Shown: positions 8,089 through 16,687, counted from the stretch's first letter. The stretch: DNA of 24,000 bases from Clostridia bacterium (GCA_017515985.1 JAFWDV010000017.1:2076-26075); one strand, 5' to 3'. A program made the numbers and translations. Notes: a model not told the origin generated them from the letters alone.

Positions 8089-10740
8089 TTATACTGCTTT
8101 AAATTTTAGCATTTTATTGTTCTCTGCTTTTACAACTGCTTGAGCTGCTGCCAAACGTGCAATTGGAACTCTAAATGGTGAACATGATACATAAGTTAAT
8201 CCTATATTATGGCAGAACTCAACTGTTGGTGGGTTTCCTCCATGCTCTCCGCATATTCCAAGCTCTATATTTGGTCTAACTTTTTTGCTATCCTCAATAG
8301 CAAGTTTCATTAGCTTTCCAACACCTTCTTGATCAACCTTTTGGAATGGATCAGATTCAAATATTTTCTTTTCATAATAATATTTTAAGAATTTTCCAGC
8401 ATCATCACGGCTAAATCCATAAGTTAATTGAGTTAAGTCATTAGTTCCAAATGAGAAGAACTCAGCATTTTCAGCAATTTTATCTGCAATTAAGCAAGCT
8501 CTTGGTATCTCTATCATGGTTCCGATGTGATATTGTATATCACTACCGCTGTTTTTTATCATTTCATCAGCAGTTGTTTCAACTATATTTTTAACAAAAG
8601 CAAGCTCTGTTGCATCGCCTACAAGTGGAATCATTATTTCAGGAATGACCTTTGTTCCCTCATTTTTAACATTAATTGCAGCTTCTATTATTGCTTTAGT
8701 TTGCATTACTGCGATTTCTGGATATTTAACGTCTAATCTACAACCTCTGAATCCCATCATAGGATTAAATTCGTGTAAATCAAGAACAATGCTCTTAAGC
8801 TTATCATATGACATTCCCATATCATTTGCTAAATCAGCAATTTCGTTATCTTTCTTTGGTAAGAACTCATGAAGTGGTGGATCAAGTAATCTTATCGTTA
8901 CAGGATATCCTTTCATTGTTCTAAATAGCTCTTCAAAATCTCCTCTTTGCATTGGAAGAATTTTATTTAAAGCTGCCTCTCTTTGTTCAACAGTATCAGC
9001 CACAATCATTTCTCTTATAGCAGCAATTCTATCGTTTTCGAAGAACATATGCTCAGTTCTACATAGTCCTATACCTTGAGCACCGAACTCGTATGCCTTT
9101 TTAGCATCTCTTGGGTTATCAGCATTAGTACGAACCTCTAAAGTTCTTATGCCATCAGCCCATCCCATAAATGTAGCAAAATCACCTGAAACTGAAGCAT
9201 CAACAGTATCAACTTTTTGTCCATAAACAATACCCGTTGAACCATCTATTGAAATATAATCACCTTCATGGAATTGCATACCATCTTTTGTATATAAAAC
9301 TTTTTCATCGCTATTAACTGAAAGCTCTCCACATCCAGCAACACAGCATGTACCCATACCACGAGCAACAACTGCAGCATGAGATGTCATACCACCTCTA
9401 ACTGTTAAAATACCGCTACAAACAACCATACCTTCAATATCTTCAGGAGAAGTTTCCAAACGAACTAGAATAAGCTCTTTTTCACCTTGCTCAGCAAGCT
9501 CTTGTGCTCTTTCAGCAGTAAACACTATCTTACCCGTAGCAGCACCTGGTGAAGCAGGTAAACCTTTTGTAATTACCATCGCATTCTTAAGTTTATTTTT
9601 ATCAAAATCTGGGTGCAATAATTGATTTAGTTGCTCTGGGTCAACTCTAAGCATAGCTTCTCTTTCATCTATCAAACCTTCTGAAACCATATCAACTGCA
9701 ACTTTAAGAGCTGCAACTGCGGTTCTCTTAGCATTTCTTGTTTGAAGCATATAAAGTTTTCCATGCTCTATAGTAAACTCCATATCTTGCATATCTTTGT
9801 AATGTTTTTCCAATATATCAGCATATTTAGCAAATTCGTTATATGCATCAGGATTAACGTATTTAAGTGTATCCATTTCTTGAGGAGTACGAATACCAGC
9901 AACAACATCCTCGCCTTGTGCATTCATTAGATACTCACCAAATATCTCTTTAGTACCTGTAGCAGGGTTTCTAGAAAAAGCAACACCTGTACCACAGTCA
10001 TCTCCCATATTTCCAAATACCATAGATTGAACATTAACCGCTGTTCCCCAGCTTGATGGTATATCATTTAATTTTCTATATGTTATAGCTCTTGGATTAT
10101 TCCATGATCTAAACACAGCCTTAACAGCCTCATAAAGCTGCCATCTTGTATCTTGAGGGAATTCTTCGTGTAAATAATCTCTATAAATTCCCTTGAAAAC
10201 TCTAACTAAATCTTCTAAATCGTTTGCATCCATATCAGTATCAAGAGTCAATCCTCTTTGTTGTTTCTTTAAATCGATAGCATCTTCAAATAATTTTTTA
10301 GGAACTTCTCTTACAACGTCGCTATACATTTGAATAAATCTTCTATAGCTATCGTATGCAAATCTTCTATTTTTAGCAGCAAAAGCTAAAACTACTTCAT
10401 CGTTCATTCCTAAATTTAAAATCGTATCCATCATTCCAGGCATTGAAGCTCTAGCACCAGATCTTACAGATACAAGTAGAGGCTTATCTTTGCTACCAAG
10501 CTTTTTGCCGGTATAATCCTCTAAATATATAAGAGCAGAATTAATTTGCTCTACAATTTCCTCAGAAATTTGTTCATTATCGTCATAATACTTATTACAT
10601 GCTTCAGTAGTAATCGTAAATCCTTGAGGTATTGGCATACCAAGTGAAGTCATTTCAGCAAGGTTTGCTCCCTTACCACCAAGAAGCTCCTTCATACCAC
10701 TATTACCCTCTTTAAACAGGTAAACATATTTTTTATCCAT
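8089..10740 (-). CDS. ppdK: Pyruvate, phosphate dikinase
   Basis: FKEGNSGMKELLGGKGANLAEMTSLGMPIPQGFTITTEACN, GGMTSHAAVVARGMGTCCVAG phosphohistidine motif, GFRGCRLDVKYPEI, ELGICGEHGG; 883 aa. Confidence 0.98.
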   Translation of the reverse strand: MDKKYVYLFKEGNSGMKELLGGKGANLAEMTSLGMPIPQGFTITTEACNKYYDDNEQISEEIVEQINSALIYLEDYTGKKLGSKDKPLLVSVRSGARASMPGMMDTILNLGMNDEVVLAFAAKNRRFAYDSYRRFIQMYSDVVREVPKKLFEDAIDLKKQQRGLTLDTDMDANDLEDLVRVFKGIYRDYLHEEFPQDTRWQLYEAVKAVFRSWNNPRAITYRKLNDIPSSWGTAVNVQSMVFGNMGDDCGTGVAFSRNPATGTKEIFGEYLMNAQGEDVVAGIRTPQEMDTLKYVNPDAYNEFAKYADILEKHYKDMQDMEFTIEHGKLYMLQTRNAKRTAVAALKVAVDMVSEGLIDEREAMLRVDPEQLNQLLHPDFDKNKLKNAMVITKGLPASPGAATGKIVFTAERAQELAEQGEKELILVRLETSPEDIEGMVVCSGILTVRGGMTSHAAVVARGMGTCCVAGCGELSVNSDEKVLYTKDGMQFHEGDYISIDGSTGIVYGQKVDTVDASVSGDFATFMGWADGIRTLEVRTNADNPRDAKKAYEFGAQGIGLCRTEHMFFENDRIAAIREMIVADTVEQREAALNKILPMQRGDFEELFRTMKGYPVTIRLLDPPLHEFLPKKDNEIADLANDMGMSYDKLKSIVLDLHEFNPMMGFRGCRLDVKYPEIAVMQTKAIIEAAINVKNEGTKVIPEIMIPLVGDATELAFVKNIVETTADEMIKNSGSDIQYHIGTMIEIPRACLIADKIAENAEFFSFGTNDLTQLTYGFSRDDAGKFLKYYYEKKIFESDPFQKVDQEGVGKLMKLAIEDSKKVRPNIELGICGEHGGNPPTVEFCHNIGLTYVSCSPFRVPIARLAAAQAVVKAENNKMLKFKAV

Positions 10741-10836
10741 TGTTTATTTCCTCCTTAAAAATATTCTTTGGTAAATTCATGATAATTATAACATAAAAAA
10801 ATAAAAAATATATGTTTTTTAAAAAATTTTAAAATT

Positions 10837-10912
10837 AGGGACGGACTCATTTTTCAGGTTTACAGAATTCACTATAACTGTCAACAAAAATAATGGGTCC
10901 GTCCCTTTTTTC
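10837..10912 (+). repeat. Inverted repeat / terminator-like element
   Basis: AGGGACGGAC (10837-10846) pairs with GTCCGTCCCT (10897-10906), extendable by a U-G and a C-G pair, followed by a T-run. Confidence 0.6.
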
Positions 10913-10937
10913 CCTTACTCTTTCCTCCGTTTTACTT

Positions 10938-11105
10938 TCAGTCGATATCGCTATTAAGAGCTCTGATACGAGCACTCATCACAGCGTACCGCTCTGTTGT
11001 ATGGAAACCGTCATCGATTTTCATCGACATAGACTCCTGTGCAACAGACTCGACCTGCGGCTGAGAAGCAGATACAATCTCAACCTTGATATCAGTACTG
11101 TGCAT
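10938..11105 (-). CDS. Small ORF (55 aa), not in the supplied track
   Basis: Reads MHSTDIKVEIVSASQPQVESVAQESMSMKIDDGFHTTERYAVMSARIRALNSDID, preceded by AAGGAAGGAGGGCTGACC; elevated GC matches the adjacent YkgJ-like gene. Confidence 0.6.
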   Translation of the reverse strand: MHSTDIKVEIVSASQPQVESVAQESMSMKIDDGFHTTERYAVMSARIRALNSDID

Positions 11106-11336
11106 TGGTCAGCCCTCCTTCCTTGTGAATTTTGGATTAGTGCTGGGTGCTGAAATACACATGTGGTTCTCTCGAACGACAAAATCAATTTTAGCACAAA
11201 TTATCAATCTTGTCAATAATTATGTGATATTTTTATGTATATTATAAAATAAAAATCTAGTAAATATTTCTTTTGACATTTGCCCTAGAATAGTATATAA
11301 TACCTATCAAATCTTTGATATAGGAGGAATACACTC

Positions 11337-11918
11337 ATGTCGAAGCTTGATCGGAACGAAACCAAAACTGTAATCTGCCACAAGTGTAACAACTGTGGTA
11401 TGTGTTGCAGAAACCGCGGAGATATCAGCCTCACACCTCTGGATGTGCTGAACATCTCAAAGTATTTGAATATGTATCCAAAAGATTTCATATCCACTTA
11501 CTGTGAGGTTGGCGAATATCTCGACGTGCATCTGCGCGCAGCTGGAATCTTTGACGCATGCGTATTTCTGAAAGTCAATCCGAAGGGGAAAACATATTGC
11601 GATATTTACAAGGTACGGCCCATGGCCTGTTACCTTTATCCCCTAAAGGTTGTCCCAGGTTATATGAATGTTTTCATGGAAGACCAAGCACCATATTGCG
11701 CTAAGCCCAAAAAAGGCATTCCGGTAAAAGACTACGTTAAAGAAAAATCTAACGGCAGATATTCTAACGAGTTCGTCCACATTTTAGAGTTCACAACCGC
11801 ATTGCGGCTATACTACATCAATCCAAATGGAAGAACCGAACAAGAAATGCTTGAATATTTTTACTACAACGAGTCAAAAGAAGAGCTGGAAAAGAAGCTG
11901 GACAGTTTTGTTTTCTGA
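11337..11918 (+). CDS. YkgJ family cysteine cluster protein
   Basis: CHKCNNCGMCCRNRGDISLTPLDVLNISKYLNM...CVFLKVNPKGKTYCDIYKVRPMACYLYPL; AGGAGG ribosome-binding site. Confidence 0.88.
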   Translation: MSKLDRNETKTVICHKCNNCGMCCRNRGDISLTPLDVLNISKYLNMYPKDFISTYCEVGEYLDVHLRAAGIFDACVFLKVNPKGKTYCDIYKVRPMACYLYPLKVVPGYMNVFMEDQAPYCAKPKKGIPVKDYVKEKSNGRYSNEFVHILEFTTALRLYYINPNGRTEQEMLEYFYYNESKEELEKKLDSFVF

Positions 11919-11930
11919 ACGAACCATGAA

Positions 11931-11962
11931 AAAGCAGTGGCGATATACCACTGCTTTTTATT
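11931..11962 (+). terminator. Intrinsic terminator of the YkgJ-like gene
   Basis: AAAGCAGTGG (11931-11940) / CCACTGCTTT (11948-11957) then T-run. Confidence 0.85.
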
Positions 11963-11970
11963 TATTAAAA

Positions 11971-12204
11971 TTATAATTCTTTATCAATCTTTTTTTCTGC
12001 AACCTTTTGGTCGAAGAACTCTTTCAACCAAGGCTCTAATTCATCATAGTGCTCTATAAACTTAAGTAAATTCATTATTGTGCTTAACTGCGAAAACTTC
12101 TCATCTAAATTTTCCACATTTTCAGATACATACGTTGCTTCTGCTCTCAATACATTACCTAATTTAGTATATAGATACTTGTTCATTTGATCCTCCTTGT
12201 GCAC
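11971..12204 (-). CDS. Hypothetical protein (about 77 aa or slightly shorter)
   Basis: ORF with AAGGAGG upstream of the internal MNKYLYTKLG start. Confidence 0.5.
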   Translation of the reverse strand: MHKEDQMNKYLYTKLGNVLRAEATYVSENVENLDEKFSQLSTIMNLLKFIEHYDELEPWLKEFFDQKVAEKKIDKEL

Positions 12205-12352
12205 ACTAGGAATTCTTTTATACTACGTCTTTTCCGCTTCTCTTAGTGCAATCATTCGTTAAACTTATCGTTTATAAAGTATCATATATTTTTTAGGTAT
12301 GCAATAAATAATATAGAAATATTACAAAATTCGACACCTATCAATTTAAAAT

Positions 12353-12592
12353 CTATTTTGTTCCATTATATAATTCATCTGGGCATATATCTGCTCCGTT
12401 ATCCCATGAAATTGATAAACCAGATATTTTTACAGTGTTAAATAGATCTATATTCTTTAAATCTTTAAATTGTATAAATTCAAGATATGGTTTAACATCA
12501 AATATCCCCTTTTTACCGTCTTCAAAAGTTACCTCAATTTTATAATCTGATAATGCTTTTACATCTATAGCTTTAGGTTTCATAAAAATCAC
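12353..12592 (-). CDS. DUF2442 domain-containing protein
   Basis: VKALSDYKIEVTFEDGKKGIFDVKPYLEFIQFKDLKNIDLFNTVKISGLSISWDNGADICPDELY is typical of DUF2442; overlaps the upstream DUF4160 gene by 4 bp. Confidence 0.85.
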   Translation of the reverse strand: MIFMKPKAIDVKALSDYKIEVTFEDGKKGIFDVKPYLEFIQFKDLKNIDLFNTVKISGLSISWDNGADICPDELYNGTK

Positions 12593-12897
12593 TCCAATCC
12601 TTTTATTTTAATGATTTCACCATTTTCATTGTAACTGTAAAATGATGCTCTTAATTCATCTTGATGAAGTTCATACCATGCTTCAACTAACTTCATCTGT
12701 TTTTTCGGTAATTTACCTTCCAAAATTTTACCATTCAAATTCATAGACATTTCAAATTCGTTATATTTTATATGTATATGTGGTTCGTTATGGTGACCAC
12801 CAATTTCTTTGTATATATATATTAGTATTCCATAAAACTGTGATATTAGAGGAATGTTTACCACCTCCATTATATAAAAATATTTAACTTTTTTCAA
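12589..12897 (-). CDS. DUF4160 domain-containing protein
   Basis: IPLISQFYGILIYIYKEIGGHHNEPHIHIKYNEFEMSMNLNGKILEGKLPKKQMKLVEAW. Confidence 0.88.
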   Translation of the reverse strand: MKKVKYFYIMEVVNIPLISQFYGILIYIYKEIGGHHNEPHIHIKYNEFEMSMNLNGKILEGKLPKKQMKLVEAWYELHQDELRASFYSYNENGEIIKIKGLE

Positions 12898-12951
12898 GGG
12901 AATTAACTTATAGATAAAAATAAAAACTGCTGACCTAAAACTATAGATATA

Positions 12952-12978
12952 AAAAGTGGAGATTGATTCTCCACTTTT
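12952..12978. terminator. Intrinsic terminator-like hairpin
   Basis: AAAAGTGGAG / CTCCACTTTT with a 7-nt loop. Confidence 0.6.
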
Positions 12979-13023
12979 ACAATTATAACCACCTTATATT
13001 CTATTTGCAATAGAATTCGTACG

Positions 13024-13092
13024 ACAAAATTCGACACCTATCAATTTAAATCTATTTTGTTCCATTATATAATTCATCTGGGCATATATCTG
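13024..13092 (-). pseudogene. 3' remnant of a second DUF2442 gene copy
   Basis: Near-identical (one 1-nt deletion, after the stop codon) to 12324-12393, encoding the same C-terminus DICPDELYNGTK-stop. Confidence 0.8.
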
Positions 13093-13102
13093 TTTCTTTC
13101 CT

Positions 13103-14122
13103 TTATTTTTCCTTATATTCATTATATAGCCTTCCTTTGTAGCTAATCTTTCCCACTTTAGCTAATCTACCAACTATAAAGCTCATAGGAATTTTATATC
13201 TTTTTGATACAGATAACAAATTTTCTATATTAGTATTTTTTATGATTATATCCCATACCTCATCATTTACCATTGTTTTAATAGCAAACTCATCTGCTCT
13301 TTGCTCTATCTTGTCATCTCCATCAATAATCGTTTTGCTCTTTGCTCTGTTGTAATCGCTTTTACAATGACCAAGCTCGTGGAATAGCTCAAAGTAAAAG
13401 GAATCTTTAGCAGAATAGTTTTTAGTTATATATATAGCCGGAGTATTTAATTTGACTCTAAAACAACCTCTTACTTTTGTTCCAGATAATGCTTTTTCAC
13501 ATACAAAGATAATACCATACTTATTTAGTATTTCTTGTATTTTATCGATATTTAATCCATCATTATATGAGTATTTCTTTAGCTCATATATTAAATCATC
13601 AAATTTAGAGCTTGTATATTCTCCTACATGTTGATTCTCTGAAATCTTATCACAATGAGCAATCCACAATGCAAGTTTATTGCTATCCTCTCCGCTCTTT
13701 TTAAATAAAACATTTTCCATTAAGCAATTGTTTATTTCAAAATCTTTAACTTTTAAAAAGTCTAAAATATCTATGCTATTTTGTATAGTATTTGTTTCAT
13801 CTTTAAAGTCCACCCATTTTAGCTTCTTAAGTTCATTTAAATGATATTTTTCTTTTAACATCTTTTTAATTTTATCTTCAGATCCATATTGCTTAAGTAG
13901 CTTATTTTGTATTATATTAGCATTCTCAATAGAAACAATTAATTTTGATGAAATACCAGTCAATCTCTCGATAGTAGCAGCCATCTCCAATGTAATACTT
14001 GTTTTTCCATTAATTATTTCATTCATATGTTTTTGTGTAACACCAAGTCTACTCGCAAACTCACTTTGAGATATATTATAGTATTCAAGATAATCTTTTA
14101 AATATTCTCCAAAATGTACCAT
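13103..14122 (-). CDS. XRE-family HTH fused to ImmA/IrrE-type metallopeptidase (HigA-like antitoxin)
   Basis: ISQSEFASRLGVTQKHMNEIINGKTSITLEMAATIERLTG helix-turn-helix, FYELFHELGHCKSDY zinc motif (HExxH); AGGAGG ribosome-binding site. Confidence 0.9.
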   Translation of the reverse strand: MVHFGEYLKDYLEYYNISQSEFASRLGVTQKHMNEIINGKTSITLEMAATIERLTGISSKLIVSIENANIIQNKLLKQYGSEDKIKKMLKEKYHLNELKKLKWVDFKDETNTIQNSIDILDFLKVKDFEINNCLMENVLFKKSGEDSNKLALWIAHCDKISENQHVGEYTSSKFDDLIYELKKYSYNDGLNIDKIQEILNKYGIIFVCEKALSGTKVRGCFRVKLNTPAIYITKNYSAKDSFYFELFHELGHCKSDYNRAKSKTIIDGDDKIEQRADEFAIKTMVNDEVWDIIIKNTNIENLLSVSKRYKIPMSFIVGRLAKVGKISYKGRLYNEYKEK

Positions 14123-14324
14123 CATTCTCCCTCCTATCCATGTTATAAATAATATGTAAGCTATCTTGCATTACATCTTTCATACTTTCAGAAGAAATAA
14201 GAAACTGCTCTATTTTCTCTAATAGAATCATCTCTCTATTCATATGTTTATTTTTTAATTTAGCTCTGTAATCTTTTGTATATGATTTTGTTTTTATTAT
14301 CTTGATCTTTATCACCTCAGCCAT
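14085..14324 (-). CDS. Short RelE/HigB-like ORF, possibly C-terminally truncated
   Basis: IKIIKTKSYTKDYRAKLKNKHMNREMILLEKIEQFLISSESMKDVMQDSLHIIYNMDRRE resembles the N-terminal part of RelE/ParE-type toxins and its end overlaps the downstream XRE gene. Confidence 0.45.
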   Translation of the reverse strand: MAEVIKIKIIKTKSYTKDYRAKLKNKHMNREMILLEKIEQFLISSESMKDVMQDSLHIIYNMDRRENDGTFWRIFKRLS

Positions 14325-14372
14325 TTATTATATTATAACATTTTAGGTTATAATATACAATATTAATTACAA

Positions 14373-14401
14373 TATAGGGGCAATAAAATATTGCCCCTAT
14401 A
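14373..14401. repeat. Strong hairpin with 13-bp arms, downstream of the PBECR4-like gene
   Basis: TATAGGGGCAATA / TATTGCCCCTATA with a 3-nt loop; the T-tract is weak. Confidence 0.6.
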
Positions 14402-14473
14402 ACATTTTATGGATATTCAAGTATAAATTAAATTAATTTGAAAACGATATTCGTCACACTAATGTTATAATGG

Positions 14474-15175
14474 TTAATCTGATTCTAAATTATAATTATT
14501 TATTTTTGAATTTAAATTTCTGTTTTTTGAATAAAGATTCTTGATATCAATTTCATTCAATATGTGTTGGGTACAAAATATTTCCTCTAAACTCATACAT
14601 TTTTTTATATATGTAATCTCTTTATATTTTTTATCGGTGATAGTTTTTTTTAATATTGCAAGTATATTACATTTACTGATAATTACATCTCTCATATCAG
14701 TATTTAATGCTGTATTCGGCACATAAACATCTTTTTTTACTGCCTTAACAAAACCCATGCAACAATTGATTCCTCCAATTAACTTATCAGTTTGTAGATA
14801 TACTTTAGAATTATCGTAATCACCCACTATATTTGCATTTTTATCTATTTTCATTAAATATGGTAATACTTGTAATTTTAGATTGGTAGTATGGTCTTTA
14901 CATTCTATTTTATACTTATTCAAACTGACAGATCCTCTTTTTAATAAATTATAAAAGCTAAAACTATTTAATGCATTATTGTTACTATCTATAATTATTA
15001 CTCCTGTTAGATGGGCAAAACTTGATTTTGGAAAATAGAGCTCTATCTTCTCGATATTCATTTTATCATTCCTCATGATAAGTAATACTTTCTTGTTCTT
15101 TAGGTTTTCATCATATAACTTCAAACATTTGTATATTATATTCAATATTTGCTTTTGACCAGATGTATTATTCAA
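14474..15175 (-). CDS. PBECR4-like (BECR-fold nuclease-like) protein
   Basis: IELYFPKSSFAHLTGV...FYNLLKRGSVSLNKYKIECKDHTTNLKLQVLPYLMKIDKNANIVGDYDNSKVYLQTDKLIGGINCCMGFVKAVKKDVYVPNTALNTDMRD resembles PBECR4 domains; TTG start with AGGAGG 6 nt upstream. Confidence 0.7.
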   Translation of the reverse strand: MNNTSGQKQILNIIYKCLKLYDENLKNKKVLLIMRNDKMNIEKIELYFPKSSFAHLTGVIIIDSNNNALNSFSFYNLLKRGSVSLNKYKIECKDHTTNLKLQVLPYLMKIDKNANIVGDYDNSKVYLQTDKLIGGINCCMGFVKAVKKDVYVPNTALNTDMRDVIISKCNILAILKKTITDKKYKEITYIKKCMSLEEIFCTQHILNEIDIKNLYSKNRNLNSKINNYNLESD

Positions 15176-15199
15176 TATAACCTCCTATAAAAAATTGAA

Positions 15200-15244
15200 A
15201 AGGAGGAGTATTTTCGTACCGCAGTACCATAATCACTCCCCCTT
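15200..15244 (-). terminator. Terminator-like hairpin between the repeat RNA and the PBECR4-like gene
   Basis: AAGGGGGAGT (15244-15235) pairs with ACTCCTCCTT (15209-15200), followed by TTCAATTTTTT and then the gene's ribosome-binding site. Confidence 0.75.
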
Positions 15245-15410
15245 AGTGTGCGATTTTTATGTTGCCTAACCAACCTGAAAGACTAAATCTTTCCCTGAAT
15301 TTTAAGATTTTTATGTTGCTTAATCAACCTGAAAAGCTATACTTTTCCCTGATTTTAGGTTATTGTTGCAGTCGCACCTGCCATGCAACAAAGTTGCATC
15401 TATTAATATT
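15245..15410 (-). ncRNA. Candidate structured leader/antitoxin-like RNA
   Basis: Promoter-like sequence, 5' hairpin 383-389/393-399, tandem-repeat hairpins, long-range pairing GTGCGA (15377-15372) with TCGCAC (15253-15248), downstream terminator-like hairpin. Confidence 0.6.
15252..15359 (-). repeat. Two tandem 54-nt structured repeats (15252-15305 and 15306-15359)
   Basis: About 80% identical by eye, exact 54-nt period, each forming GAAAnn/nnTTTC and GTTG/CAAC hairpins on the minus strand. Confidence 0.85.
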
Positions 15411-15416
15411 ATATAT

Positions 15417-15445
15417 ATTTTAATATAAAAAATACATCCAGTCAA
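15417..15445 (-). promoter_or_regulatory. Sigma-A type promoter for the repeat RNA
   Basis: TTGACT (15445-15440), 17-nt spacer, TAAAAT (15422-15417) on the minus strand. Confidence 0.6.
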
Positions 15446-15556
15446 GCCATAAAGGTTTGATTTTGGTGCATTTTCGTATGACATTTTTCGACACTTAATA
15501 ATACAAAAGCACCATAATATTTAATACACACTTTATAAATACTCTTACCATGCCAA

Positions 15557-16282
15557 CTAATACCCGACTGCAGTTGCTCCATATTCTGCCTGGCTAGCTG
15601 TAAAGCCCTCATATTTTAGCTGATCTATTAAACCGCTTCTTGAAAAAGACATAAGATCTAAATACGATTTAGCTTTCTTAGCAGCTTGCTCATTCCAGTC
15701 TGCTCCACTATTTGCAGCACCATACTCTGCCTCTTCTTTTGAAAACCCTTCGTATTCAAGTTGTCCAACTAATCCTTTTTCAGAAAATGCCATAACTTTT
15801 AAATACTGTTTGGCTTTTGCTACTGCATTTTTCTGACCCATGGTTGTACTATTGTTGGTTGATGTCGTTGGTTCGCTCTTTGTTTGCTCGCTTTTAGAGC
15901 TTTCTTCGTTTTTAGGCTCTGTAGCGGTAACCGTTGATTTTGTCTCACTTTTGCTATTTGATTTTTCTACTTTAGTTGTTTCCTGCTTAGGCTCCTGCTT
16001 ATTATTCTTTTCTTCTTCATTATTGCTCTGATCTGTTGCATTATTATTATTTTCATTTGTTTGTTCAGAATTCTCTTCACCATTTACTTGAGCATATAGC
16101 AAATCATATTGCTGTTTTACATCACTATATTTTGCCTCTAGCTCGTTATAGCTTTGCATCATTTTCTTTTTATCGGAACTATACTTATAATTAAATATCA
16201 AAAAAATTCCAATAAAAATACATGTTATTCCCAATATAATAACCCAAAATAAACTGTTTTTTAAAATATTACTTTTTTTCAT
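15557..16282 (-). CDS. Ltp-family (host cell surface-exposed) domain protein, membrane-anchored
   Basis: Two Ltp-type repeats: QKNAVAKAKQYLKVMAFSEKGLVGQLEYEGFSKEEAEYGA and EQAAKKAKSYLDLMSFSRSGLIDQLKYEGFTASQAEYGA; N-terminal TM and a low-complexity E/K/S/T linker; start at 16282 fits AGGAGG. Confidence 0.88.
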   Translation of the reverse strand: MKKSNILKNSLFWVIILGITCIFIGIFLIFNYKYSSDKKKMMQSYNELEAKYSDVKQQYDLLYAQVNGEENSEQTNENNNNATDQSNNEEEKNNKQEPKQETTKVEKSNSKSETKSTVTATEPKNEESSKSEQTKSEPTTSTNNSTTMGQKNAVAKAKQYLKVMAFSEKGLVGQLEYEGFSKEEAEYGAANSGADWNEQAAKKAKSYLDLMSFSRSGLIDQLKYEGFTASQAEYGATAVGY

Positions 16283-16318
16283 AACAAACCTCCTTTTATT
16301 TTTCATTATTGTTTAGTA

Positions 16319-16687
16319 TTATGGTCGACATCTTGAGCATGCATCATAACCTCTTGAAATTGCATTGGATTTACTGATTGCATGACAACTTCTTCTAAGA
16401 TACTGACATCCTGAACGATGATATTTGGACCCTGTATTCGTTATATATACGGTCTGAGAATCTTCATCCTCAAAATTACTATATGTTAGATTATTTTCTT
16501 TCACGGTATTTGAATAATATCTATTTTTACTAGTATTTTCCGACGTATTGTATGTATAACTGTTATTATTATATATTTTATTCTCTTTTTTCGAAGATTG
16601 AAAAGGATTTAATACTGCCAAACATATAAGAGCAACATATACTATTAATCCTATTATTCCACTCCAACCATTACCTCTTTTACCCAT
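16319..16687 (-). CDS. Small secreted/membrane protein with C-terminal TGxKYHRxxCxxL...GYDACSRC module
   Basis: N-terminal TM and YITNTGSKYHRSGCQYLRRSCHAISKSNAISRGYDACSRCRP. Confidence 0.75.
   Translation of the reverse strand: MGKRGNGWSGIIGLIVYVALICLAVLNPFQSSKKENKIYNNNSYTYNTSENTSKNRYYSNTVKENNLTYSNFEDEDSQTVYITNTGSKYHRSGCQYLRRSCHAISKSNAISRGYDACSRCRP

Noticed and set aside
8527-9930. Plus-strand ORFs inside ppdK
   Set aside because: Antisense to a strongly conserved housekeeping gene.
10893-11497. ORFs 10893-11153 (+) and 11285-11497 (-)
   Set aside because: The first is antisense to the 55-aa ORF with a good ribosome-binding site; the second overlaps the YkgJ-like gene start on the opposite strand.
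15252-15359. CRISPR array
   Set aside because: Only two contiguous repeat units with no spacers and no cas genes; the units differ at about a fifth of positions and fold as hairpins.
15840-16031. 63-aa plus-strand ORF
   Set aside because: Antisense to the low-complexity linker of the Ltp-domain protein.
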